Positions 8,761-18,462 of a stretch of 28,081 bases of DNA are shown here, in pieces. The position numbers and the translations under genes are program-made. The stretch covers positions 1-28,081 of the IMG/VR virus record IMGVR_UViG_3300017766_001646; one strand, written 5' to 3'. The stretch's first letter is position 1. Each line of letters starts with the position of its first letter. Origin of the DNA: a virus. Lineage: Duplodnaviria; Caudoviricetes. The notes beneath the pieces are model-generated. The model worked only from the letters and a program-made list of their open reading frames with translations, was not told the origin of the DNA and did not search any database.

Positions 8761-8915
8761 CCGGTCAGGTTGCCTACTACACCGTGAAGTATCTCAACCG
8801 GCATCCATCAGAGACCGATCTAACGCTTGACCAAATCGCAGAAGTTGCGATGATAGGACAAGAGATAGAAAAGCAACAGGTCGAGATGATGAGTGCAATG
8901 ATTGGAGGCAGGTAA
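8739..8915 (+). CDS. -1 frameshift extension of the tail chaperone (gpGT analogue)
   Basis: A AAA AAC at 8739-8745. The -1 frame reads RLRGVAGQVAYYTVKYLNRHPSETDLTLDQIAEVAMIGQEIEKQQVEMMSAMIGGR to TAA 8913-8915, which overlaps the tape-measure ATG. Confidence 0.85.
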   Translation, partial: KKRLRGVAGQVAYYTVKYLNRHPSETDLTLDQIAEVAMIGQEIEKQQVEMMSAMIGGR

Positions 8916-10627
8916 TGACAGTAGCAGAACTTACAGCCAAGATATCGGTAATAGGCGAGGCTGCTGCTGTCCGTGCCTTACAGCGTGTAGGTTCTTCTGC
9001 ACGTTCCGTTGGTGAAGCAATCCGAACAGCCGCCGATGCTACTCGATTGCTTGAAGCTGCGCAGGCAAGCTTTGCAACCGTGACAGGTGTGCAAGCTGCC
9101 ATGGCTTACGATTCACAGGTTCGTGGCTTGGCTGCATATGCCAAGAATGCACAGGAACTACAAGCCCAACTGGGTAGGCTACAAGAGATTGCAAAACTCC
9201 CCGGATTGGGGCTCAAGGAAGTCCGTGCGGGTGTCCTGCAACTAGAGGCAGCAGGTCTAAACGCGCAGACAGCCGAGCGAGCATTGATGGCATTCGGCAA
9301 TGCTCTTGCTCTGGTTGGTAAGGGTAAGTCCGAACTAGATGGCGTAATCCTGGCGCTTGGTCAAATATCTAGCAAGGGTAGTATCTCAGCTGAGGAAATC
9401 AACCAGATCGCCGAGCGTGTACCGCAGATCCGGCAGGTGTTGGTTTCTGCCTTTGGTACGGCAAGTACGGAAGCCATCCAGAAGATGGGCATTACGGCAG
9501 ATGAAGCCATCAAGCGTATTATCTCTGGTCTAGAGCGTTTGCCAAAGGCTACGCAATCAGCATTGACTACGTTTGAGAATCTGCAGGATGCTCTAGAGCA
9601 AGCGTTCCTTCCGATTGGTCGTGGCATCCTTGATATCTTTGGAAGTGCCGAAGGTGGCACAATGCGTCTTATTGATTTGATTTCAAATATTGGTAAACAG
9701 ATCGGTGAGGTGTTTACTGCTATCGGCAAGAGCGGTGTTATTCAGGATGTCTTCTCAAAGTTTCTAAGCGGTACTGGCGTTGCAAACTTTCAGCAGATGA
9801 TGGTTGGAGCAATCGCAAACATCCTTGCTTATATGGGTCAGATTCCTAACTTCTGGAATGCCATCGTGCATGATATGGGTGTTGCATTTGAGTTTGTAAA
9901 AGAGTCAATGATTTACTATTTCGGTGAAGCGTACGACTGGGCTGCTGGCAAATGGAACGAACTTATAACGGCATTTAGTACTGGTGTTCAGGACTTTGGC
10001 ACGGCGTTTCTTGAGTTCATACAGCCAATCCTGACAGGATTGAAAAAAGCAATCGCAATATTGACTCTTGGTGCAGTACAGTTGCCGGGTGGTGAAATAC
10101 CAAATGTAGGATTATTGGCACCATCAAATGGTGCATATTTACCGCGAGAGACTAAAACATTACCTCCGCCTAGGATAAGTCCATTACCGCCTAATTTTAT
10201 GTTGCCAAGTGTAATAGCAAATGCAAATGCTATTGCTGGTCAATACCAAAGAGCCATCATGGGGAATCTTGGTCCACAAGGATTACCACCGGGGATGATA
10301 TACGGTGGTGCTCAAGGTACTGCTGGTGCTATGGGTGGAGATTCTATCGGCGGATTACTTGGCAAGATTGCAGACAATACGAAGTCAACCGCAGACGCTC
10401 TAACACTGCGTCGTGAAACGCTCGGTGGTGGCAAAATGGGAGCCTTAGGTGTTACCGCTGGTGAACTTGCCGTAGGTGGTGGCGGTGGCATCAGAATGGG
10501 CGATTTCTTTGGCGGTGGTAACAACGGCTTGATTCCAGCAGGAACAGAGCTTGAACGCTCGGTAAGACGCATCATGCGGGATGAAGCACGGAAGAACGGT
10601 ACTCCCGGAATAATGAAGAGGTTCTGA
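8915..10627 (+). CDS. Tape measure protein
   Basis: MTVAELTAKIS start; N-terminal tape-measure domain (ALGQISSKGSISAEEINQIAER); Ala/Gly-rich helical body; follows the frameshifted chaperone. Confidence 0.92.
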   Translation: MTVAELTAKISVIGEAAAVRALQRVGSSARSVGEAIRTAADATRLLEAAQASFATVTGVQAAMAYDSQVRGLAAYAKNAQELQAQLGRLQEIAKLPGLGLKEVRAGVLQLEAAGLNAQTAERALMAFGNALALVGKGKSELDGVILALGQISSKGSISAEEINQIAERVPQIRQVLVSAFGTASTEAIQKMGITADEAIKRIISGLERLPKATQSALTTFENLQDALEQAFLPIGRGILDIFGSAEGGTMRLIDLISNIGKQIGEVFTAIGKSGVIQDVFSKFLSGTGVANFQQMMVGAIANILAYMGQIPNFWNAIVHDMGVAFEFVKESMIYYFGEAYDWAAGKWNELITAFSTGVQDFGTAFLEFIQPILTGLKKAIAILTLGAVQLPGGEIPNVGLLAPSNGAYLPRETKTLPPPRISPLPPNFMLPSVIANANAIAGQYQRAIMGNLGPQGLPPGMIYGGAQGTAGAMGGDSIGGLLGKIADNTKSTADALTLRRETLGGGKMGALGVTAGELAVGGGGGIRMGDFFGGGNNGLIPAGTELERSVRRIMRDEARKNGTPGIMKRF

Positions 10628-12834
10628 TGGCAAACTCTTGGCCACTATTGATCGAAGTAGACTGCCCAGAACCACGCCCACAAAAGGGGCGTTTAGTCGT
10701 TGCAGCTGATGGCACTACTTGGGACTTATCCAAGAGTAGCAATGTCTGGCTGGAGCCTTCTACGCTGACATTGATGCTTGCCCCGCTTCCGGTTACCGCA
10801 GCATGGCGCACAACGTACGCTGGTAACTATGCCCGGTTTCAGAAGAGTGATTACACGCTGACAACGGCGGCATCTTGGAAGCAGATGCAGATCAAGGCAT
10901 CCGGTGATTACTACCTGCAAAGCCTCAATGTAACCGAGAGAGCAACGCTCACAACAGCATGGAGTGCTAACCAGCCAGCATATATCAGCCTGTATGTACC
11001 GGGGCTCAAGGATTCAGATGACACGGTGATACTCAAGGCTGGTTGGGGTGTAGGTTCTGCTGGCTCTGTTGAAGTCTGGTTTGCTGCTAACGGATCTGCA
11101 CAGGTCTACAAGTCTGGTGTTTTGGTTGGAACTTACCAGCGCAACGATAGCAACATTGCACCTCAAGCCAATGCCGTCTACCTAACATCTGTGGCTAGTG
11201 ACTTCATAACCATTATGATGATTCCATGCCGTCGTAGAGAGTTGGTTGTAAGCACTTCTACCGGGCTTGCGTTTAGCCATGTCTTTGCCGACCTATCCCC
11301 GGCAACGGCTAACACCATCACACCTGCTGCTGCATTCTCTTGGCTTATCCCACAAGGACAGGCAAGCGTACAGCTCGCAAAGTTGCAATTTGCTACCAGC
11401 GGTTATGGTGTAAGCCCAGTCAAGAAACTACGCTATGCACCGCCAACGGGCGCAACTTTCTATTCTACTTACGCCTACGATGCAATCGGGCCAGGCTCTG
11501 CTTCCGCTACTTACTCAGTTGTCAAGGATGACCTGACGGCTTATACGCCTAACGGAACAATCAAGGATGTACGGGCTAAGGTTACGCTGGCAAGTAGCAC
11601 AGGATCTGCAACCTTTGGATTCTACGAAATAGACATGGTTTATGATCCAGAGGTAGGCAGTACCGCAGATGACCCGGTAGACATCACTTGCGATGTCGAG
11701 CGCCTAAGCATCAGTGTAGACGATAACGGCCGTGCTACGTGTAGCCTAACAACCCGCAGAAAGCCAATCACAGATGCAGGTGTAGACCAACCGCAAATAA
11801 CCTCAGACCGTCCAATCCGGATTGCTTTGACAGATGGTGCTACGCCTACGCCAGCAGAGATAGACATATTCCGAGGGACGCTTACACCGCCTGAGATTAC
11901 CTACGAGGAAAACGATACGACAAAGGATTGGAGCATCTTTGTGTACTCTGGTCAAGATCGTTCCCGTGACTTTGACCTTGCGTATATCGTAGAGTCCTAC
12001 CCGTACGATGGATTAGTAGCGGTAAACGCCATCATTGACCTGATGCTCATCGCAGGATACGACGGCAACGTTTATCTTACTGGTGATACACCACTCCTAG
12101 ACTTGCCATATAGCCCGAACATTTCAAAGGGTCAATACGCTCTAGCACCTGACTTTTTCGACACGGTTGGCGGTTATATCGATAAGCTCAAGAACGATTA
12201 CTACGCTAACTGGATTGTCGGTTGGATGCCAACTACCAGCGGGTATTCGTACGTTTGGCAAGACGCTCCTAATGCTTCTACCACTCCGGTAATGACCCTA
12301 TACCAAAGCATCGCAGCAGCAACCACGGCAGGTGTTGCAGAAGTGCTTAGACCTAAACGTGTAGTGCGTAGGATGTCAAGCCATTACGAAACACCGGAAG
12401 CAACACAGGTGCAGGTTGTTGGACAAGACCCAGCGACCGGATTGTTTATTACAAAGAGCCGAGTTGACTCAGCTGCGGAAACTGCAAGCACTGCACCAGC
12501 GTCACGCCCGTACAACTGGAGAGGCAGACCAGTACCGTACCAACTGCGTGACCCAGCACTAACAACGCAGGATGCTGTAGATCAGGCTTGCGACATTCTC
12601 TATGACCGCTTGACTACAGGACGCATTCTTATCGAATGGGAGTCTGATTTCTTGGTTTTATTTAGCAATAACCGACCGCTTTGGCTTGGTGATGTAGTTC
12701 GGATTATGGAACCTGACGGCACAACCACAAAGGGTGATTACCGTATTATCGGCATACCGACGATTGACTTTGTGACCGAGCAGACATCAGGCTTCAGTGT
12801 ACGCAAAGCCGTGTATCGTGGGCAGAAAGTCTAG
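10627..12834 (+). CDS. Tail tip / baseplate hub protein
   Basis: 735 aa directly after the tape measure; C-terminal half has hub-like motifs (IFRGTL, PLWLGDVVRI...YRI). Confidence 0.65.
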   Translation: MANSWPLLIEVDCPEPRPQKGRLVVAADGTTWDLSKSSNVWLEPSTLTLMLAPLPVTAAWRTTYAGNYARFQKSDYTLTTAASWKQMQIKASGDYYLQSLNVTERATLTTAWSANQPAYISLYVPGLKDSDDTVILKAGWGVGSAGSVEVWFAANGSAQVYKSGVLVGTYQRNDSNIAPQANAVYLTSVASDFITIMMIPCRRRELVVSTSTGLAFSHVFADLSPATANTITPAAAFSWLIPQGQASVQLAKLQFATSGYGVSPVKKLRYAPPTGATFYSTYAYDAIGPGSASATYSVVKDDLTAYTPNGTIKDVRAKVTLASSTGSATFGFYEIDMVYDPEVGSTADDPVDITCDVERLSISVDDNGRATCSLTTRRKPITDAGVDQPQITSDRPIRIALTDGATPTPAEIDIFRGTLTPPEITYEENDTTKDWSIFVYSGQDRSRDFDLAYIVESYPYDGLVAVNAIIDLMLIAGYDGNVYLTGDTPLLDLPYSPNISKGQYALAPDFFDTVGGYIDKLKNDYYANWIVGWMPTTSGYSYVWQDAPNASTTPVMTLYQSIAAATTAGVAEVLRPKRVVRRMSSHYETPEATQVQVVGQDPATGLFITKSRVDSAAETASTAPASRPYNWRGRPVPYQLRDPALTTQDAVDQACDILYDRLTTGRILIEWESDFLVLFSNNRPLWLGDVVRIMEPDGTTTKGDYRIIGIPTIDFVTEQTSGFSVRKAVYRGQKV

Positions 12835-12836
12835 CC

Positions 12837-15764
12837 ATGCCATACATTGACGGCACACGTACAGCCACGCTCACAATGAGCCATACACAGAATGTGCAGA
12901 TAAGAATCTGGAATCCATTCGCTGTACAGCCTGAAGAACCGGACTACAACACGCACTATACGAACTTCACATTTGGTGGGCATCTAGGTTTCTCGGCATC
13001 GCTTGCTATTGCTACAAACGTTGTTGCACCATCCCCGGGCTCCGCGTGGTCGTGGGAACTACGAGCAAACATCACGGTAAACAACGGGCACGGTTCCAGC
13101 GCAACAAGCTACAAAGTGCTGGCATCTGGAAGTGAGACAGGCGGGACAAACTATAAGGACGTTAGCGCAACGTGTGCCGGTGATTTCTCCGCATCTGTTA
13201 GCGTTGACAAACTTTGGGATATTGCCGAGGCTGGCTTTTCATCTTCTAGCGCACCAACAAGGTTCCCCAGCCTAACCTCCTATACTTGGTATGAACGCAC
13301 CACCACGGGCGCTACAGCGGCTTGTAGCCTATCTGCTGGTGGTAGTGCTGTCAGTGTGTCGGCTGCTGCATCATCTAGGAATACGGCAGACTATACTGCA
13401 ACCCTTGATGCTTACGGCTTCAGCTCCGGGGATGATAGGCACGACTTTGCAGTTAGCCTTGTCAAAGTCAACGGCGTAGCGGTTCACGACATTACACACG
13501 CTCACACTTTCCACAATCAGAGTGCTACCGAATGGAGCCTGTCGGTACTTGGTGAAACTGACGGCTTTGGCATCGTTAGCACGGCATCCGCTGACATCGG
13601 TACTTCTTCCTGTCTCGACCGCAACGTAAGTATTGCTGGCAGAATACGTGCATGGGAGGGGGCATATCCAGATGCTCTTAATGTAACGGTTACAGGCTAT
13701 GATGGCGGTACACGTACTGTAGGTTCTTCTGGTGGCTCATACGGGGCTACAGATACCTTTGTGGACTACAGCACCACATCGGTACTTGTTGACCCTACGT
13801 ACGGAACAGATACGCTAACCACTCAAGCGGACGATGTGCCTACATGGATATCTGCGGAACTCTCCGGCAGTGGTCTAACAACCAACGGAGACAGTAGCAC
13901 GGACAACCGTGTACTGTTCCGTGGTTGGCGTTTCAATGGCTGGAGCATAGCCGAGACTAATAACCGTGCCATTTCTGGTACAGGCAACGACCGGACATAT
14001 AGCCCTTATGAAGGCATGAGCGGTTACCGTTACCTTCAGATTCAGATAAAAGCACAATCTGGCACTAACGCTCCCGGAACTATTGAACTGACCGATTACC
14101 ACGGCAACTGGAAAAGATGGCAGGTTGTGGCTCCTACGACCTCCTACAGCACCATCACGCTAGATCTTTGCTCTCCTGATACGTGGAGCCTTGGCGGTAC
14201 TCCGGCAACCGATGACAAGGACAATCCTTACCCGCGCAAGAACACGGCATCGAGCAGCTACGCAGGAAGCGAAAGCGTTGATTCGGCTTATTGGGGCATC
14301 ACGTCCTGCCAGCGGTTACGAGTACAAACCGGAAGCATTGACATCGGTACAACCACGCTGGTTTACACCAACACGGATTCTACTTACGTCCCGGATTCCT
14401 TCACGGCTCAGTTTGAACGCATCACGCCTGCTATCGTTTCGGAAGCCGACACGACTACTTACTACTACGGTAGGCGCTTCTGGCAACAAGACAGAGACGG
14501 TAGATGCGAAGAAGAATCCGATGTTTGGTGGCAGAAGACCGTAGGCGGTGCTACCGGGGTCACAACCTACAGCGTAGATCCGGTAACGATATCCGAGCTG
14601 TGCGACCAGATAAACGCATCCGATGTTTCTATTGTTCGTCATCCCGGTTGGACTGCTACAAACTCTGTTGCCTATCCGGCTGGTGCTACCTGCTCGGCAT
14701 CACAACCACCGCTTAGGGATTGTTTCCTAAACGGCGTTACTGGCTACTCTACTTGGCTTAGAGGTGGCGGTATCCTTGCCACGCCTAACGCCACAAGCGG
14801 TACAGACTTTGCATACGGGCATCAGTTAGCCCAAGGCACTATCGTTGCCCAGACGCTCTTTGACCGCATCAACGGCAACTTCCCTCCTGACCTCAATGAC
14901 CCGTTCGATGTCAATGGCGGGACAGATAGCGGGTTGTACTTACCGGCTGGAAGTTTGCTCCGTGGTATCGCCCATGGCGCTTTGCTTGACAACGCCGGTG
15001 ACCCTCTAACCACTGGTACGGTTGACCTGTTGCTTGCATCCACAGGCGCAAACCGTGGCACTGATAGCACGATAGATGCCGAGGGGCGGTACTTTACATC
15101 CACTCCCTGGGGGCTTGGTGAAAGCAACCACGATGCCGATTACAGCGGTGACACCATCGGTATATTGCCATTGCATACAAGCCATCGGTTTAGGTGCTGG
15201 TTTCGTGAACAGGAGCTAGCGGGTGTTTGTGTATCCGCTGCCGTGGCTCCTAACCAGCGGATGTGCTATGCGGTTATTGAAGATGGAGCGGTAGCCCTGC
15301 ACTTTGCGGATGGGCCTAACGCAACAAACTTTGTGATGCAGCTGACAAGCATAACCGATGCTTCCTGCGTCCACATTGCATACGATCCTACCAGCGCAGT
15401 AGGTCGGCTTTACATAATTGTTGATGCATCAGGTAACGACATCAAGAGTTATTACACAGATGACGAGGGGGTGAATGTCAGCGTGGCAGTAACAGTTACA
15501 GGTTCAGGTGATGATGCCAGCGTGGCAATCAATCCCATGGGTAAGCGCATCGTTGTCTATCACCACTCAAACTCCCTCTATAGGGTCATATACGACCCAC
15601 AGGGTAACGTTATTACCGCAGCCAGTGTGATAGTTGCCGGAGGTGTAAATCAGGGCAAGACGGCTGTCGCTTGGAGGCTTGGTGTTTGGTTTGCCTACTA
15701 CCGTGATGGTGGTAGTAGTCTCATGCAGATATCAAGCATCGATGATGGGGAAACTTGGAGTTAG
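12837..15764 (+). CDS. Large tail-tip / receptor-binding structural protein
   Basis: 975 aa, Ser/Thr/Gly- and beta-rich; C-terminal Asp-box-like motifs (YTDDEGVNVS, SSIDDGETWS). Confidence 0.6.
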   Translation: MPYIDGTRTATLTMSHTQNVQIRIWNPFAVQPEEPDYNTHYTNFTFGGHLGFSASLAIATNVVAPSPGSAWSWELRANITVNNGHGSSATSYKVLASGSETGGTNYKDVSATCAGDFSASVSVDKLWDIAEAGFSSSSAPTRFPSLTSYTWYERTTTGATAACSLSAGGSAVSVSAAASSRNTADYTATLDAYGFSSGDDRHDFAVSLVKVNGVAVHDITHAHTFHNQSATEWSLSVLGETDGFGIVSTASADIGTSSCLDRNVSIAGRIRAWEGAYPDALNVTVTGYDGGTRTVGSSGGSYGATDTFVDYSTTSVLVDPTYGTDTLTTQADDVPTWISAELSGSGLTTNGDSSTDNRVLFRGWRFNGWSIAETNNRAISGTGNDRTYSPYEGMSGYRYLQIQIKAQSGTNAPGTIELTDYHGNWKRWQVVAPTTSYSTITLDLCSPDTWSLGGTPATDDKDNPYPRKNTASSSYAGSESVDSAYWGITSCQRLRVQTGSIDIGTTTLVYTNTDSTYVPDSFTAQFERITPAIVSEADTTTYYYGRRFWQQDRDGRCEEESDVWWQKTVGGATGVTTYSVDPVTISELCDQINASDVSIVRHPGWTATNSVAYPAGATCSASQPPLRDCFLNGVTGYSTWLRGGGILATPNATSGTDFAYGHQLAQGTIVAQTLFDRINGNFPPDLNDPFDVNGGTDSGLYLPAGSLLRGIAHGALLDNAGDPLTTGTVDLLLASTGANRGTDSTIDAEGRYFTSTPWGLGESNHDADYSGDTIGILPLHTSHRFRCWFREQELAGVCVSAAVAPNQRMCYAVIEDGAVALHFADGPNATNFVMQLTSITDASCVHIAYDPTSAVGRLYIIVDASGNDIKSYYTDDEGVNVSVAVTVTGSGDDASVAINPMGKRIVVYHHSNSLYRVIYDPQGNVITAASVIVAGGVNQGKTAVAWRLGVWFAYYRDGGSSLMQISSIDDGETWS

Positions 15765-15850
15765 AAGGAAGGGGTGGTGGGCAGCGAAGATGCAGAAGGG
15801 AGACTGCCCACCGTGTCGGGAGATAAGATCGACAAAAGGAATATATCACC

Positions 15851-16387
15851 ATGAGCAGACCTATCGCACTTAGAGCAGCTAAAGAAGCCCTAGACAATGT
15901 TGGCGTTCAGGAAGTTGGAGACAACCGAGGCAAGGCGGTTGAAATCTATCAAGCATCCACCACTCCACCTGTGCCACCCGGTAGCCCTTGGTGTGCCGCC
16001 TTTGTCGTGTACCGGCTACGCAATGCGGCTCACGACCTAGCCCTAACAATCCCAGTTGACTGGCCACGCTCGGCTTACTGTCCCGATCATGGCAACTGGG
16101 CGAGAAAAACAAAGAACTGGCTATCAGTCAATGATGCACAAATGGATCCTTCAAAAGTCCGCATCGGTGACCTGTGCTGTTTCTGGTTTGCACCGCTGAA
16201 CAGGCTCGCTCATATCGGTATCGTTACCGGCGTATTCCCTTGGGGCGTGAAGACCGTAGAGGGTAATACATCCCCTGAGATGGAAGACGAGGACAAGCCA
16301 GAGCGTGAAGGTGACGGGGTCTACCGCAAGGCTAGAGCATGGCGTGAGCTTGGCGCAAACGGTGGCTTTGTGTCTATAGACTGGTAG
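15851..16387 (+). CDS. Endolysin / cell-wall hydrolase, CHAP family
   Basis: PWCAAFV (catalytic Cys), AHIGIV (His), TVEGNT; last gene of the late arm. Confidence 0.88.
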   Translation: MSRPIALRAAKEALDNVGVQEVGDNRGKAVEIYQASTTPPVPPGSPWCAAFVVYRLRNAAHDLALTIPVDWPRSAYCPDHGNWARKTKNWLSVNDAQMDPSKVRIGDLCCFWFAPLNRLAHIGIVTGVFPWGVKTVEGNTSPEMEDEDKPEREGDGVYRKARAWRELGANGGFVSIDW

Positions 16388-16443
16388 GTTCCATTTTGGA
16401 ACTAACCACTTGAACTTGTAAGAAATCCTTACAAGTTGACAGC

Positions 16444-16474
16444 AAAAGACCACCCTTCTTACGTTGGGTGGTCT
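16444..16474 (-). terminator. Rho-independent terminator of the leftward operon
   Basis: Stem AGACCACCC (16447-16455) / GGGTGGTCT (16466-16474); on the minus strand it runs into a short U tract; lies between convergent genes. Confidence 0.65.
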
Positions 16475-16536
16475 CCGCTTTCCAAGCACCGATAGTTGTT
16501 GTTTTTTGGTTTCCCTTGCGGGTGCTTGATTCTACC

Positions 16537-16869
16537 CTATGGCATCAACTGACTTGCCATCTCGCCAATCCACTTACGAATCTCCCAGTCATCAGGAGCG
16601 CCGAACGTAAACTGGTCGATTCCGATGATGATGTCTACGCCACCGCTGCTGTAGGTTGCGCTTTGCAGCTGACCCTTGCAGGTTGTGAACCAGAGCGTAC
16701 GGCGGAGGTTGTGGATAGCTACGCAGATTTTGCGAGTGTATATCCATGCACCTGCCTGCTCGCTCCACATTGAATCAAAGTCAAGCTCAATACTCTCGAA
16801 TGTCGTGTGGTCTTTGCGGAGGACTGATTCCAATCTCTCCATCGTGTAGACGTTGTCTAATACTTCCAT
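16537..16869 (-). CDS. Hypothetical protein
   Basis: 110-aa ORF with GGGAGATAAG RBS and its own sigma70-type promoter. Confidence 0.75.
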   Translation of the reverse strand: MEVLDNVYTMERLESVLRKDHTTFESIELDFDSMWSEQAGAWIYTRKICVAIHNLRRTLWFTTCKGQLQSATYSSGGVDIIIGIDQFTFGAPDDWEIRKWIGEMASQLMP

Positions 16870-16903
16870 CTCTTATCTCCCTGCGGTATATACCCGCACT
16901 GAG

Positions 16904-16932
16904 AATATACACCCAGTGCGGATAGTTGTCAA
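16904..16932 (-). promoter_or_regulatory. Sigma70-type promoter with overlapping inverted repeat
   Basis: Minus strand TTGACA (16932-16927), N17, TATATT (16909-16904); inverted repeat CCGCACTG (16894-16901) / CAGTGCGG (16914-16921). Confidence 0.75.
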
Positions 16933-17219
16933 ACTTTATCTGCAAATGTTCTTCTGATAAGTGTTTTCAGAATGTCAAGATCATCCTTCAAACGAACATT
17001 TTCGATTTGCAGTTCTACCCATTTTTTCTCCCAGTCAATATTTTCCAACTGCACTTCCGGCTTTGACTTTCGCAACCTATCTTGATATCTCCAGTACACC
17101 GTATGGCAAGTGTTTGGATTCATATTCAGCATAGCTGCAACTTGTTTAGCTGTATAGCCTCTAGCGCGTAGGCTAATTATTGATTCCTTTTGTCTCTCTG
17201 ATAACTGCTTTGATCCCAT
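16929..17219 (-). CDS. HTH DNA-binding protein with C-terminal coiled coil
   Basis: LSERQKESIISLRARGYTAKQVAAMLNMNPNT HTH; AGGAGATAAG RBS; AT-rich. Confidence 0.75.
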   Translation of the reverse strand: MGSKQLSERQKESIISLRARGYTAKQVAAMLNMNPNTCHTVYWRYQDRLRKSKPEVQLENIDWEKKWVELQIENVRLKDDLDILKTLIRRTFADKV

Positions 17220-17228
17220 GCTTATCTC

Positions 17229-17768
17229 CTATATTGTTTTTATGGTTACCGATTCAGTAGCTGGGATTAGATCAAGCCCCGGTGCATTGTCAAGCGCAAA
17301 GTCACTGAGTTTGCTAACCAGCACGGTGTGCTTTGTCCTGATTGCTTCCGGGTTGTGTTCCATCAGCCATGCCACGGTCTCTTCCTCGTCTACAACCTTG
17401 ACACGCTCGGCAACAGTCCGGAAGGACACAGAGCCAAATGGACACGTCCATGTCTTGACCTTTAGTGTGCCGTCTGCCTTGCGTGGCAGTTGACTCATTG
17501 CATAGTCTTGCAGCTGTGCGTTGTACCGGCGCTCTAGCCATTCAAGCCGTGCAACTTGTTTACCGATAATCTTGACCATGTTGTTGGTGATGGCATCAAG
17601 CTTGTCTTTCTCAGATTGAATGCTTGCCTCAATGTCCATACGCTTCCGCATGACCAGCAGTGCGAGATCTTCAGGTGATTCCTCGCCCGTTATCCAACCG
17701 GATGCTGGACCGGCATACTCGCCGGTCTCCGTATCCCATAGCTCACCATCGATTACATCAAATCCCAT
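17229..17768 (-). CDS. Mu Gam-like / Sipho gp157-like DNA end-protection protein (host-nuclease inhibitor)
   Basis: Long coiled coil followed by KTWTCPFGSVSFRT...VVDEEETVAWL...IRTK; clustered with ERF. Confidence 0.75.
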   Translation of the reverse strand: MGFDVIDGELWDTETGEYAGPASGWITGEESPEDLALLVMRKRMDIEASIQSEKDKLDAITNNMVKIIGKQVARLEWLERRYNAQLQDYAMSQLPRKADGTLKVKTWTCPFGSVSFRTVAERVKVVDEEETVAWLMEHNPEAIRTKHTVLVSKLSDFALDNAPGLDLIPATESVTIKTI

Positions 17769-17986
17769 TATCTAATAACCTCCCAATCTTCCCTTGCTTC
17801 CTGAATCGCTCGATCGTACAGGTCATCGATGGCAGGGCACCAAGCGTGTCTATTGCCATCAGCCCTGTACATAATCAGGTTCTTCTCTCCGATGTCTGAG
17901 AACCGGACATAACAGCCCGGCTCCCATGCTTTGCGCCTGATGCTCAAGCCTTCAAGCAGTCTTGTATACACTGCCCCAAATCTCAT
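17768..17986 (-). CDS. DUF2829/Tad2-like small protein (paralogue 1)
   Basis: N-terminal MRFGAVYTRLLEGLSIRRKAW; C-terminal WCPAIDDL...EDWEVI. Confidence 0.6.
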   Translation of the reverse strand: MRFGAVYTRLLEGLSIRRKAWEPGCYVRFSDIGEKNLIMYRADGNRHAWCPAIDDLYDRAIQEAREDWEVIR

Positions 17987-18462
17987 CGTTGTAAACCTCT
18001 AGGCTTGATGGGCTCAGATATAACGATGTTTCCCTGCGGTCCTCTTGGCAGCTGATTGGTTGCAAGGTTTGCATCGTCATCCTCATCAGCTGATATCGCG
18101 AGGAGTGCAGACACGCTGTAGCGCCTACCGTAAGTGAGCGCAGAACCTAACCCGTGTGCATCAGGCTTAGTTACCGGAATGGTTGCCGTGGTGCTAATCC
18201 ATTCACCTGATGTATGGATGATTCGACTCTCTACTGTAATCGCTACAACCTTGCCATCTGTGACGTTGGTTTCCGTAGTGCCTTGTGTAAGCATCAAGCC
18301 GTTATCAGTCAGGATAGGGCGCAGAGCGTCCAAGATGCTGTCAAGGGTGACATACTTGGAACGGAAGGCAGGATTGTTGCCTTCCTTGCTGATGCCTTGC
18401 ATACGGCTTTGTGCCTTGATAAGGGAAGGGGCAATAGCCCCTATGGTTTCACTACTTGTCAT
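17983..18462 (-). CDS. erf: ERF-family single-strand annealing protein
   Basis: NPAFRSKYVTLDSIL, IHTSGEW and GSALTYGRRYSVSALLAISADEDDDA, the ERF signature. Confidence 0.93.
   Translation of the reverse strand: MTSSETIGAIAPSLIKAQSRMQGISKEGNNPAFRSKYVTLDSILDALRPILTDNGLMLTQGTTETNVTDGKVVAITVESRIIHTSGEWISTTATIPVTKPDAHGLGSALTYGRRYSVSALLAISADEDDDANLATNQLPRGPQGNIVISEPIKPRGLQR

Noticed and set aside
8588-8830. +1-frame ORF as the chaperone extension
   Set aside because: The -1 frame has the slippery site and ends at the tape-measure start; this ORF does neither.
4667-15764. Diversity-generating retroelement or invertible tail-fibre system
   Set aside because: No reverse transcriptase, recombinase or template/variable repeat pair noticed; by-eye check only.
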